Shown: piece by piece, positions 16,804-25,773 of the stretch | Numbering within the stretch: the stretch's first letter is position 1 | How the letters are laid out: each line of letters starts with the position of its first letter | Source: an uncultured Candidatus Saccharibacteria bacterium | GTDB taxonomy: Bacteria; Patescibacteriota; Minisyncoccia; UBA6257; WO2-44-18 | Direction: 5' to 3' | Assembly: GCA_964361795.1 (NCBI GenBank) | Contig: CAYIBZ010000004.1 | Location: 1-32,367, forward strand | Length of the DNA: 32,367 nucleotides | Translations under genes and position numbers: made by a program | The notes under the pieces: model-generated | What the model saw: the letters and a program-made list of their open reading frames with translations, nothing else | Database searches by the model: none | What the model was told of the DNA's origin: nothing

Positions 16804-18708
16804 TTATCGAACCTCTACCTCAAATTGATCCTCAAGCGCGGCGACAATTTTTTCCATTTCTTTCCCTACTTCTTCGTCAGTTAGAGTATGGTCTTTAGCT
16901 TGAAAAATTAAGCGAAAGGTTAAGCTTTTCCGGCTATTGCCAATCTTTTTAGGATCTTCGTACCAGTCCAGCAGATCAATGTCGTCAAGTAAATGACTGC
17001 CGTTTTCAATAATGTTTTGCACTTTACCAACGCGGGTATCCACGCCAACAACCACCGAAAGATCGCGCATTACCGATGGATATTTAGGAATCGGCTGATA
17101 TTCACGCTCTTCGGAGGCTAAATCTAAGACAGTTTCAAGATTCAATTCGGCTAAAGCAGTCTTTCCTCGCGCGTAAAAATTGCCAATGTACCGGTGATCT
17201 GGCGCCTCTATTGTAAGTTTGTTTAAATCGGATTGGATGATTGTATAATCTGCTAATCCTATTCCCAGGAGAAGCTGATCAACTATGCCCTTTATTTCCG
17301 GCAAAGAATTTTGATCTTTACCGGCGATAGCTAATCCTAAACTCAATTCTTCGCGATCATAAAAACTTAGGACAACTCCGGACTTGAATATCTTGCCAAT
17401 TTCAAAAATTCTAACTCCATCATAGAATCGCAAATTATCCTCAACATTTTTTTCCAATTGCGGAAACAAGCTTCCGCGTAAATACTTTTTATCCTCCGCG
17501 ATAGGATTAGCAACCTCCACATAACCGGGGAAAAACGAGTAATTATAAACCTCGCTCAAGCCAAAACCGCTTAAAATCTGGCGGACTTTGTCTTTTAGGG
17601 CAATCAAATCTTCGTAACCGGACGGCAAGAGAGCAACATGGGGAATTTTTGACGGCATTTTGTCATAGCCATAAAGATTGACAATTTCTTCGGCTAAATC
17701 TTCAAAAATGGCGACATCAGTCCTCTCCGGCGGTATCTCTACGATTTTTCCTCTGATTTTGAAGCCGAGCGTTTGAAGATAATTCAGGCAAGTCTTTTGA
17801 TTAAGATCCAGGCCAATTAATTTATTAAATTTTTCGGCGTCAAATTTTAAAACCTTTTTTGGCAATTTAGTTTGGCCAATATCCAACCAATCCCCAATCT
17901 TAGCTCCGCAAATTTCTTGAAGCAGTTTCGCCGTTCGCTTAATCGCCCGCTCTGCCAATACACTGCTCAAGCCGTGGCCAAACCTAAGCGAAGCATCAGT
18001 GGTTAAATTAATCCGGCGCGATGTTTTATAGATATTGGCGGCTTCAAAATTAGCCGCCTCAACAATAATCTTTTCCGTCTGGCTGTTAACTTCCGCCCGC
18101 TTCCCTCCTTTGATGCCGGCAATCGCCAAAACTCCCTTATCGTCGGCAATCGCTAAATCAGAATTAGAAAGCTCATAATTGCCGCCGTCAATTGTTGTTA
18201 CTTTTTCTTTGTCGCTTGCTAAACGAACATTGATAGCGCCGGAAACTAAATTGGCGTCAAAAGCGTGCATCGGCTGGCCGATTTCCAGCATTACATAATT
18301 CATAATATCTACTACATTGTTAATCGGCCGCAAGCCGCAAGAAACCAAAATTTCCTGAAGCCATTTTGGAGACGGCTGAATTTTTATTTTTTCCGCGTAT
18401 AGTCCGCTATAGCGGGAACACAATTTTGGAGCGGAAATTTTTACGGAAAATTTTTTGGAGCTGGATTTCGGCTTGAGATTGGCTGACGCGGGTTCTTTTA
18501 GCCGGCCGCCGAAAATCGCTGACGCTAATCTGGCAATGCCGATATGTGAAGCGGCATCGGAATAACGATTAGCCGGAATGGCAATGTCTATCGTGTCGCC
18601 ATTTACGTTTTCTACTTCAAAAGCGCGCAACGGAAATTCTTCGATGAATTTGGCTGGCGCGGGAATCTTTGAAGCAAATTTTTTTAATAATGAATAGGAA
18701 AACTTCAT
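16804..18708 (-). CDS. pheT: Phenylalanine--tRNA ligase beta subunit (lacks the B2 OB domain)
   Basis: ANR..D..SHIGIAR, RPINNVVDI.NYVMLE.GQPMHAFD, R.D....DL.EEI...YGY and the C-terminal FDX-ACB domain (YPSV.RDLS, KSLTFRLIFQ). Confidence 0.95.
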   Translation of the reverse strand: MKFSYSLLKKFASKIPAPAKFIEEFPLRAFEVENVNGDTIDIAIPANRYSDAASHIGIARLASAIFGGRLKEPASANLKPKSSSKKFSVKISAPKLCSRYSGLYAEKIKIQPSPKWLQEILVSCGLRPINNVVDIMNYVMLEIGQPMHAFDANLVSGAINVRLASDKEKVTTIDGGNYELSNSDLAIADDKGVLAIAGIKGGKRAEVNSQTEKIIVEAANFEAANIYKTSRRINLTTDASLRFGHGLSSVLAERAIKRTAKLLQEICGAKIGDWLDIGQTKLPKKVLKFDAEKFNKLIGLDLNQKTCLNYLQTLGFKIRGKIVEIPPERTDVAIFEDLAEEIVNLYGYDKMPSKIPHVALLPSGYEDLIALKDKVRQILSGFGLSEVYNYSFFPGYVEVANPIAEDKKYLRGSLFPQLEKNVEDNLRFYDGVRIFEIGKIFKSGVVLSFYDREELSLGLAIAGKDQNSLPEIKGIVDQLLLGIGLADYTIIQSDLNKLTIEAPDHRYIGNFYARGKTALAELNLETVLDLASEEREYQPIPKYPSVMRDLSVVVGVDTRVGKVQNIIENGSHLLDDIDLLDWYEDPKKIGNSRKSLTFRLIFQAKDHTLTDEEVGKEMEKIVAALEDQFEVEVR

Positions 18709-18720
18709 ATTTTGTAGCGA

Positions 18721-19722
18721 TTAGAATTGATTAATAAATCTTAAATCTCCTGAATAAAACATTCTAATATCGGGAATTTTATATTTAATCATCGCTAATC
18801 TTTCTAATCCCATTCCGAAAGCGAATCCTTGAACTTCTTTTGGATTATAGCCAACGGCCTTGAAAACATTGGGGTGCACCATCCCCGCGCCCATTACTTC
18901 CAGCCATTTGCTATTGAGCTGAACGTCTACTTCTAATCCCGGCTCCACGAAAGGAAAATAGCTTGGGCGAAAACGAACGTGCGTTCCCGCTCCAAAAAGC
19001 TGTTGAAGAAACTCTTCAATCACATATTTAAAATTTGCCAAATTGACGTCCGTTCCAACCATCAGCCCTTCTACCTGATGAAAATTTATTTCGTGCGACG
19101 CGTCCGTCGCCTCAAACCGGAAAACCCGCCCCGGAACAATAATTTGAAACGGCGGCCTATGCTTTTCCATATAGCGAACCTGCATCGGACTGGTATGCGT
19201 CCGTAATAATAGTCTCTCCAAGTTTTTGAATTTTTGATTTTTGATTTCGTTCTGGAGAAGCCAGAAAGTATCCCACATATCTCTTGCCGGATGGTTCGCG
19301 GGAATGTTAAGCGCGTCAAAATTATAATGCTCGGTTTCCACTTCCGGCCCTTCAACAACAGAAAAATTCAAAGTAGAAAAAATTTCTTTGATCCGGTCTT
19401 CCATTTGAGTAAGAGGATGCAGATGCCCGAATGGAATTTTTTTTCCGGGTAAAGTAAGGTCAACGGACGATGATTTTTGGCTCGCGGCCAGCGACTTTAA
19501 TTTTTTTTCTAAAACAAGCTCTAGTTCTGCTTTCAAGGCATTGGCTTCCGGCCCGACTTTTCTTTTTTCTTCCGGAGACAGATCTTTAAGAGACCGTAAA
19601 ATCTTCGTTATCTCCCCGTCTTTCCGGCCCAGATATCTAACTCTGACCGATTCCAAGGCCTTTGCGTCTTTCACGTTTTTTATTTCTTCCGAGAAAGATT
19701 TTTTAACAGAATCCAGATTCAT
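18721..19722 (-). CDS. pheS: Phenylalanine--tRNA ligase alpha subunit
   Basis: GHLHPL, NFDALNIP..HPARD..DTF, LLRTHTSP.Q, FPFVEP, GFAFGMGLERL. Confidence 0.98.
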   Translation of the reverse strand: MNLDSVKKSFSEEIKNVKDAKALESVRVRYLGRKDGEITKILRSLKDLSPEEKRKVGPEANALKAELELVLEKKLKSLAASQKSSSVDLTLPGKKIPFGHLHPLTQMEDRIKEIFSTLNFSVVEGPEVETEHYNFDALNIPANHPARDMWDTFWLLQNEIKNQKFKNLERLLLRTHTSPMQVRYMEKHRPPFQIIVPGRVFRFEATDASHEINFHQVEGLMVGTDVNLANFKYVIEEFLQQLFGAGTHVRFRPSYFPFVEPGLEVDVQLNSKWLEVMGAGMVHPNVFKAVGYNPKEVQGFAFGMGLERLAMIKYKIPDIRMFYSGDLRFINQF

Positions 19723-19765
19723 TCAATTCATTGTAACAAAACAGACGATTAGCAACAAACCCAAT

Positions 19766-19794
19766 TTGCCAAATTAAAAATTTTAGTGTATTAT
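19766..19794 (+). promoter_or_regulatory. Putative promoter of the ligase gene
   Basis: TTGCCA-17-TATTAT. The leader contains GCACTTTGATA and a GGGAGG SD before TTG 19863. Confidence 0.6.
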
Positions 19795-19862
19795 ATAGGC
19801 GGCACTTTGATAGCCCGCCTACTCCGTTGGCTAGCGGATACGGCGAGGCAAGGGAGGCGTGA

Positions 19863-21131
19863 TTGCCTAAGTTCTGCTTTGACCCTCTGCCTAAGGGATT
19901 TGTGCTTGCGAAACCGCTTCAACGAGAAGCTTTTGATGAGTCGGTAATTTATGAGATGGAAAAGCAAGATCGCCTTGTGATTACCCGTAAACGCAATGGT
20001 TATAAAATTTTCGCGGTTAAGTACAGAAACCGGGTAAAGATTTACACTGACGGAATGAATGAAGCAACCAATCGGCTTGAGCATATCGCCAAGGAATTGG
20101 AGCTTAAGATGGCTCACAATAAGTCAATGATCGTTGGCGAGGCAGTTATTGATTTGAATGATAACGATGATTATCTAAAAGTCGCCAGCATCTTTAAGTC
20201 CAATCCTAAACGGGCAATTGATCTTCAGAAAATAATGGGAAAGATCAGGATGATGATTTTTGACGTGGTTTTCTGGTCTGGCGCCAATACGCTCAATCAT
20301 CCTTATGTTTCTCCCGCGCGCTTAGGCCTGATTCAGCGCCGGCTCAACGGCAAATATGCCTTCCCTGTCCCGGTTTTGGATATGTCTTATGACGAAGCAA
20401 AGAAATTAGTCGCTGAAAAGAAAAAGACTAATGAACATGGATGGGAAGGATTGGTTCTTTACGATAAAGATTTCAAATCTTCTTTCCGGCTGGACGGAAA
20501 AAGCCCGGAAAGAATCAAAGGCTGTTACAAGTGGAAGCCGATTTTGGAAGATGATTTCATAATCCGCAGTTGGATTCCATCAGAGAAAAATCTAAATTTA
20601 GTTAAAGAAGTGGTTCTGCTTCAAGTTGACCCGGTTACCGGAAGAGAATTTTCCTGCGGAAAGTTTGGAGGTTTTACCAAGAAAATGCGAACTGATCTCG
20701 CCGCGGCGAATTATCCATTAGTGATGCAGATAGAGTTTGAAGTCCGGTTCCCGAGCGGAAAACTCTGCAACGCGCGGCTTGGGCCAATGGGCATTCGCGC
20801 GGACAAAAAACCCGAGAACTGCGTCGCGTCCGTTAGCTATCCAAACGCGGAGGTGATTCTAACCAATGAAGAAAACCTGAAAGCGCTTGAAGAAAGGATG
20901 AACAAATCAAAAAAGCTTTCGGATTTTGTAAGAACCGTTAGATCAGAACGATTAAACATTAGCGGCCAAACGTTGGAACGCCGCCCATCAGCAAGTTCTT
21001 TTGAACAATGGGCTGATGAAAAAAAACAGAAATTGAATCTTTCCAAAAAAGAAAATAAAATGGCATCGGAATGGCTGGTTCTTCTTTGGAAGGTTGAGAG
21101 AATAGCTTTCAACCCATACGACGGCACATAG
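19863..21131 (+). CDS. ATP-dependent DNA ligase-like protein (adenylation + OB domains) with C-terminal extension
   Basis: Motif I RKRNG, III IVGE, IIIa IFDVV, IV EGLVL, V YKWKP, then an OB-like region (GKFGGFT ... QIEFE ... SGKL). Confidence 0.8.
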   Translation: MPKFCFDPLPKGFVLAKPLQREAFDESVIYEMEKQDRLVITRKRNGYKIFAVKYRNRVKIYTDGMNEATNRLEHIAKELELKMAHNKSMIVGEAVIDLNDNDDYLKVASIFKSNPKRAIDLQKIMGKIRMMIFDVVFWSGANTLNHPYVSPARLGLIQRRLNGKYAFPVPVLDMSYDEAKKLVAEKKKTNEHGWEGLVLYDKDFKSSFRLDGKSPERIKGCYKWKPILEDDFIIRSWIPSEKNLNLVKEVVLLQVDPVTGREFSCGKFGGFTKKMRTDLAAANYPLVMQIEFEVRFPSGKLCNARLGPMGIRADKKPENCVASVSYPNAEVILTNEENLKALEERMNKSKKLSDFVRTVRSERLNISGQTLERRPSASSFEQWADEKKQKLNLSKKENKMASEWLVLLWKVERIAFNPYDGT

Positions 21132-21139
21132 CAACAAAT

Positions 21140-21162
21140 GACGGCCACTGGCCGTCTTTTTT
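21140..21162 (+). terminator. Intrinsic terminator after the ligase gene
   Basis: GACGGCC-ACT-GGCCGTC followed by TTTTTT. Confidence 0.75.
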
Positions 21163-21865
21163 AATTTTTCCCGCCACCATTTTCTAAATTTTTTGAGGGC
21201 GGGACCCCGACTTTGGCGGTGGCAATTTTCAATTTTTGACTCCGGTGCTTCCAGAATTCTATTACCGCTGGAATGAGAGAGATGGCAATGATGGCAATAA
21301 TCGCGATTTCAAAATTGTCTCGGACAATTGGAATGTTCCCGAAGAAATACCCGCCAAATACTGTTAAGGAGACCCAGAGCAATCCGCCGATAATATTATA
21401 GACGGCAAAATTCTCGTAACGCATTTTCCCTACTCCGGCGATAAATGGCGCGAAAGTTCTAATAATAGGAATGAATCTCGCCAAAATAATAGTCTTCTTA
21501 CCGTGTTTTTGGTAAAAATCTTGCGTGCGCTTGAGATAATCTTCATTGACGAACGGCCGATCGCGTTCAAATACCGCGCTGCTAACGCGCCGGCCGATAA
21601 AATAATTAACCGCGTCCCCCAATACCGCCGCTAAACTTAACAAGCCGAATAAAGACAGCGGGTCCAGAAAACCTCTCGCGGCAAACGCTCCAACCGCGAA
21701 AAGCAGAGAATCGCCTGGCAAAAACGGGGTAACAACCAGCCCGGTTTCCAAAAAAATAATTAAAAATAAAATCGCGTAGGTCCATCCCCCGTAAGTTTGA
21801 ATAACCGGACCGAGTTTTTGGTCAATTTCCAAGATATAGCTGATTAAATTTGTTAAAATTTCCAT
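21161..21865 (-). CDS. dedA: DedA family membrane protein
   Basis: IIFLETGLVVTPFLPGDSLLF, GD.VNY.IG, LARFIPIIRTFAPF.AG. Confidence 0.95.
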   Translation of the reverse strand: MEILTNLISYILEIDQKLGPVIQTYGGWTYAILFLIIFLETGLVVTPFLPGDSLLFAVGAFAARGFLDPLSLFGLLSLAAVLGDAVNYFIGRRVSSAVFERDRPFVNEDYLKRTQDFYQKHGKKTIILARFIPIIRTFAPFIAGVGKMRYENFAVYNIIGGLLWVSLTVFGGYFFGNIPIVRDNFEIAIIAIIAISLIPAVIEFWKHRSQKLKIATAKVGVPPSKNLENGGGKN

Positions 21866-22848
21866 TAATTACTTAACATTTTCGCCGCTTCGTCAGGGTC
21901 AACGATATTAATTTCCACGCCAGTGCCAAGCTCAAATCCGGCTGAAATAGAGACTTTCGGCGTGATTTCTATGTGCCAGTGATAATGCCGGTAGCGGTCT
22001 TTGTCTTGAATAGGAGCGGTGTGAAGGAAAAAATTATAATCAGCATTAAGCTTTTTAGAAATTGTTTTCAAAGATTTTTGCAGAAGATCTACAGCGCTGT
22101 CCAGATCGGAATCAAAAGTATTTTCAAAATAAGATAAATGTTTTTTGGGGAAAATCCGAATTTCAAACGGGCTTCGGGAAACAAAAGGAGCGAAAGCGAT
22201 GGCTTCGTCATTTTCAAAGACAATTCTTTTTTTCTCTTTTACTTCAAATTCAATCATGACGCAATGCACGCATTTTTTATGGTCATGGAAATACCGAGCC
22301 GAACCCGCGAGCGAGTGTTGAATATCCGGCGGCACGACCGACATCGCAATCATTTGATAATGAGGATGATAAATAGAAGCGCCGGCTTCCGGACCCCAAT
22401 TTTGAAACATAGACACGTAAGACAGGCATTTATCGTTATAAATCCCGAGATAGCGGTCACGGAAGGCTTGAAACACTAAACGCGCTTCGTCGCGAGAAAG
22501 GTCCGAAAAATTTTTATCATGGTCTCTGGTGATTAAAATATCGTGATGTCCGATTCCGGGAAAAATGGCATAGGGGCCATGAGAACTTCTAACGCCGCAA
22601 ACGTCGCGATGCCGCAGAACGGGAAATCTATTTGGGATAATCTGCAAACTCCAATCCTTATGGTCGGGATACTTTAAAATTGGCTCGCCGTTGCCGGATT
22701 TTTGCGGGTCTTCAAAAGGACAACCCTTTTTCGGCTCTTTGACTGTTTTAGTTTTTTTAATAAAGGCATTCGGCCTCTTTAATCGGCCCGGCGCGATGAT
22801 AATCCAGTCACCGGAGACTAAGTCTTGACGCAATTCGGAATTTAACAT
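21865..22848 (-). CDS. galT: GalT-family nucleotidyltransferase (galactose-1-phosphate uridylyltransferase / NDP-hexose phosphorylase-like)
   Basis: ELR.D.V.G.W.IIA..R..RP, CPF, NRFP, AGASIYHPHYQ (HxHxQ), C.HC, YHWHIEI, AGFELGTG. Confidence 0.85.
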   Translation of the reverse strand: MLNSELRQDLVSGDWIIIAPGRLKRPNAFIKKTKTVKEPKKGCPFEDPQKSGNGEPILKYPDHKDWSLQIIPNRFPVLRHRDVCGVRSSHGPYAIFPGIGHHDILITRDHDKNFSDLSRDEARLVFQAFRDRYLGIYNDKCLSYVSMFQNWGPEAGASIYHPHYQMIAMSVVPPDIQHSLAGSARYFHDHKKCVHCVMIEFEVKEKKRIVFENDEAIAFAPFVSRSPFEIRIFPKKHLSYFENTFDSDLDSAVDLLQKSLKTISKKLNADYNFFLHTAPIQDKDRYRHYHWHIEITPKVSISAGFELGTGVEINIVDPDEAAKMLSN

Positions 22849-22857
22849 GGTTGTTAA

Positions 22858-22899
22858 TTAGCCATTAAGTCATTAAGTTAACTCAATTACTTAATGGCT
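22858..22899. repeat. Short inverted/tandem repeat across the mrdA stop codon
   Basis: AGCCATTAAGT-CATTAAGT...ACTTAATGGCT: an 11-bp inverted repeat with an 8-nt tandem duplication. Confidence 0.55.
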
Positions 22900-24706
22900 T
22901 AGTAGCAATTCTGTTGTAATAATACCATTCCATTACGTCTTTCGCGACCGGGACGGCATTGAGACTGCCTTCGCGGGAATTTTCTATTAATACTAAAAGA
23001 GCAATTTGGGGATTTTCGGCCGGCATGTACCCGACAAAAAATGCGTTCGTGCGAGTATTATTGGCAACCTGGGAACTGCCGGTTTTACCAGCTGATTTAA
23101 TCGGCAGATAAGATAATAAGCTGGCGGTGCCGTAATATTTTTGCACCGCGTCTTCCATTCCTTTTTGAACTTCCCTAATTTCCGCCTGCCAATCTGAATA
23201 ATCAGAAACAATCTCGGGCTGTTTGCCGGCAAATTTAGTTAAAGTCGGCTTGTAAAATTTTCCGCCGTTGGCGATTGAAGAAATAAAATTCAACAGCTGT
23301 AGTGGAGTCACCATCAAATCGCCCTGCCCGATGCTGATGTTGTAGGTATCGCCAATTCTCCAAATCTGGCCGGTGCGTTTTTCTTTCTCTTCCGGATCCG
23401 GCAAGAATCCTTCGTTTTCCGACGGCAAATCAATGCCGGTTTTCTCGCCAAACAAAAACTTTTTCCAGTATTCCTTTAATTTTTCAATTCCAAGGCCTTT
23501 AATGTCTTGAAAGCCGCCGCCGATGGAATAAAAATAAACGTTGCTGGATCGAGCCAAAGCGGAGTGCAGATTTACCCAGCCATGAGGCTTCCAATCTAAA
23601 AATCGGCTCGGCAATTCCGGGTTGAAAGGATTGGGCAATTCTATAAAACCGGCAGAAAATACCTGAAATTCCGGCTTTACCAGATTCTCTTTTAGCGCCG
23701 CGAGCGCCACTAACGGCTTGATAGTTGAACCGGGGGTGTAAACGCCGGACACAACTCTATTGAAAAGCGGCTGACTGGGAGAATTTAGATATTCTTTGAC
23801 TTTATTATTGTCAAAACTTGGCAGACTAATAAGAGCGAGAATTTCCCCGTTTTGAGGATTGATAGCCAAACCGGCGCCGGAGTCCCTTCCTAAAGTACTC
23901 AACATTTTTTGAAAGCGGCTGTAAAAAAATCTTTGCAAATCCGCGTCAACGGTCAGTTCTAATTGATTGCCTAATTGGGCGTCTTTAATGACCTTCTGGT
24001 CCAAAACTTCCCCTCTGGCGTCCCGATATAAAATTTTAGACCCATCTTCCCCGCGCAAATAACTGTCATACGTATTTTCCAAGCCATCCTTTCCAACGAT
24101 ATCGCTATTAATATCAGAGAGCCCCGTATAGCCGACAATGTGGCTGAAGACCGGCCCATCAATGTAATTTCGCACATAGTCATCGCTAATCTGGACCGCC
24201 GGCAAGTTTAGGCCCCTCAAGGCGATCATTTGATCTGACGAGATATTTCTGGCGACAGCCATCAGGCTGTTTTTCTCTAAATTAGCGCGTCTAAGCTGTT
24301 CGGCCAGCTTGCCCGCGTCCAAACTCAATGTTTCTCCTAAGTTTGATAAAAAAATATCCCAGTCAAGCTTCTGGGCTTTGAGCAATTTTAAAAGTTCCGT
24401 GGAATTTACAAAGACGCTAAAAGAACTTTTATTGCCGGCTAATTGCTGGCCGAACCGGTCAATAATCGCTCCTCTGGGAGCGGGAATGTTGATTTCTTTA
24501 TTCGCGTTAGACAAAGCCCGATTTTGATATTCATGGCCTTGAACCAGATTAACAAAAACCATTCGGACGAAGAAAATCAGCATCACCAAAGAAACCGCCG
24601 CTCCCGCCAGCAAGAAAGTTTGCCGGGACAAAGGAAGTTCCAAATAATCTTCTTCGGGATTCTCAATCAGCGATATTTCTTCAAAATTTAATTCGTTTTT
24701 AGACAT
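22883..24706 (-). CDS. mrdA: Penicillin-binding protein 2 (class B transpeptidase)
   Basis: N-terminal TM helix, APRG.I.DR.G, PGSTIK (SxxK), SSNVYF (SxN), GKTGS (KTG); follows mreBCD. Confidence 0.93.
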   Translation of the reverse strand: MSKNELNFEEISLIENPEEDYLELPLSRQTFLLAGAAVSLVMLIFFVRMVFVNLVQGHEYQNRALSNANKEINIPAPRGAIIDRFGQQLAGNKSSFSVFVNSTELLKLLKAQKLDWDIFLSNLGETLSLDAGKLAEQLRRANLEKNSLMAVARNISSDQMIALRGLNLPAVQISDDYVRNYIDGPVFSHIVGYTGLSDINSDIVGKDGLENTYDSYLRGEDGSKILYRDARGEVLDQKVIKDAQLGNQLELTVDADLQRFFYSRFQKMLSTLGRDSGAGLAINPQNGEILALISLPSFDNNKVKEYLNSPSQPLFNRVVSGVYTPGSTIKPLVALAALKENLVKPEFQVFSAGFIELPNPFNPELPSRFLDWKPHGWVNLHSALARSSNVYFYSIGGGFQDIKGLGIEKLKEYWKKFLFGEKTGIDLPSENEGFLPDPEEKEKRTGQIWRIGDTYNISIGQGDLMVTPLQLLNFISSIANGGKFYKPTLTKFAGKQPEIVSDYSDWQAEIREVQKGMEDAVQKYYGTASLLSYLPIKSAGKTGSSQVANNTRTNAFFVGYMPAENPQIALLVLIENSREGSLNAVPVAKDVMEWYYYNRIATKPLSN

Positions 24707-25166
24707 GCTGAAGACGCCGGATATCGCCGTGGCGCGGCTGAATAGCCAAAAAAACTAATATGCCGAGTAGGGAATTATAAATTGCTTCTCCGATAAATAC
24801 GGAAAAATGATTATAAATAAACGATGGCTTCAATAAAAGATAAAAAATCAGCGTTGAACTGAAAATTAGCGCAATGCTATTAGCCGCCCATAGCCAGGGC
24901 AGCCGTTTTGCGAGAAAAAAAGCGGCTAAGCTTAAAACAGTAAAAACAAAGATTTCCAATTCCGGCGCCATTGTAAAACGCAAAAAAAACAAGCCGATCA
25001 GCAAAAAAACCAGATAGTTTGTGAAAAAATTTATAACAAAAGACAAGGAAATTAACGCGACTAACAGCAAATTCGGTTTAATGCCCAGAACATTCAAAAA
25101 ATTGGAATTTTGCAGAATGCCAGCCAAAACAATTATGGTAAAAGAAATCAGAACTCTATTGCGCAT
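24699..25166 (-). CDS. mreD: Rod shape-determining protein MreD
   Basis: Multi-TM protein with a LQ...G.KPNL.LV motif, located between mreC and mrdA. Confidence 0.8.
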   Translation of the reverse strand: MRNRVLISFTIIVLAGILQNSNFLNVLGIKPNLLLVALISLSFVINFFTNYLVFLLIGLFFLRFTMAPELEIFVFTVLSLAAFFLAKRLPWLWAANSIALIFSSTLIFYLLLKPSFIYNHFSVFIGEAIYNSLLGILVFLAIQPRHGDIRRLQHV

Positions 25167-25773
25167 ATCCCATGAAAATCAATACTTCTCTTAACGAACC
25201 GAAATTATAGTCAAAACTGATGCCGCTTTCCTGGAAAGTTTTGGTCGGCAAATTAGAAAAGTTTTTTATAAACCCTATTTTAAATCCGTAGGGAAAGTCC
25301 CGGCTGGCGGAATAAATTGAATCGCCAATTTTAACAGTTTCGGATTTGTCTATCGTGGTTAAGACCGGTTCTTGGCCACCAACTAATAAAGCGTCAATTT
25401 CTTTGTCCCCTATGCGGACTGGAGACGACCAGCTGGAATCGTAAAGAGTTACCGCCAAACTAAAGTGAGGCGAAACTTCCGTAATTTTTCCAAGTAAAAT
25501 TTTACCATTAACTGTAACAGCCATTCCTTCTTTAACGCCTTCTCGCGCGCCAGCGTTAATGCCGATTAAATTACGATGGTTAAATGGATAGGTTGAGTAA
25601 ATCTTAGCTCTTAAAAACCGGCGATTGCCTAAGTCAACGAAAGCGGCGTCATAATCGCCGGCAACCAACGATTCTGAAACCAATGAAAGAAACTGATTCT
25701 TAGAACCAACGAAAAAATTGCTAAAGAAAATTGGTCCTAAAAGCAGTAAAAGCAGCCATCCGCCATATTTCAT
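25156..25773 (-). CDS. mreC: Rod shape-determining protein MreC
   Basis: IN.G...GVK.GM.V...LLGKI.EV, GD.I.S....FP.G..IG; located downstream of mreB. Confidence 0.88.
   Translation of the reverse strand: MKYGGWLLLLLLGPIFFSNFFVGSKNQFLSLVSESLVAGDYDAAFVDLGNRRFLRAKIYSTYPFNHRNLIGINAGAREGVKEGMAVTVNGKILLGKITEVSPHFSLAVTLYDSSWSSPVRIGDKEIDALLVGGQEPVLTTIDKSETVKIGDSIYSASRDFPYGFKIGFIKNFSNLPTKTFQESGISFDYNFGSLREVLIFMGYAQ

Noticed and set aside
1194-25773. Alternative genetic code (UGA=Gly) as in Gracilibacteria/Absconditabacteria
   Set aside because: Core genes are full length under code 11, and dnaE, rplK and mrdA end at TGA at the expected positions.
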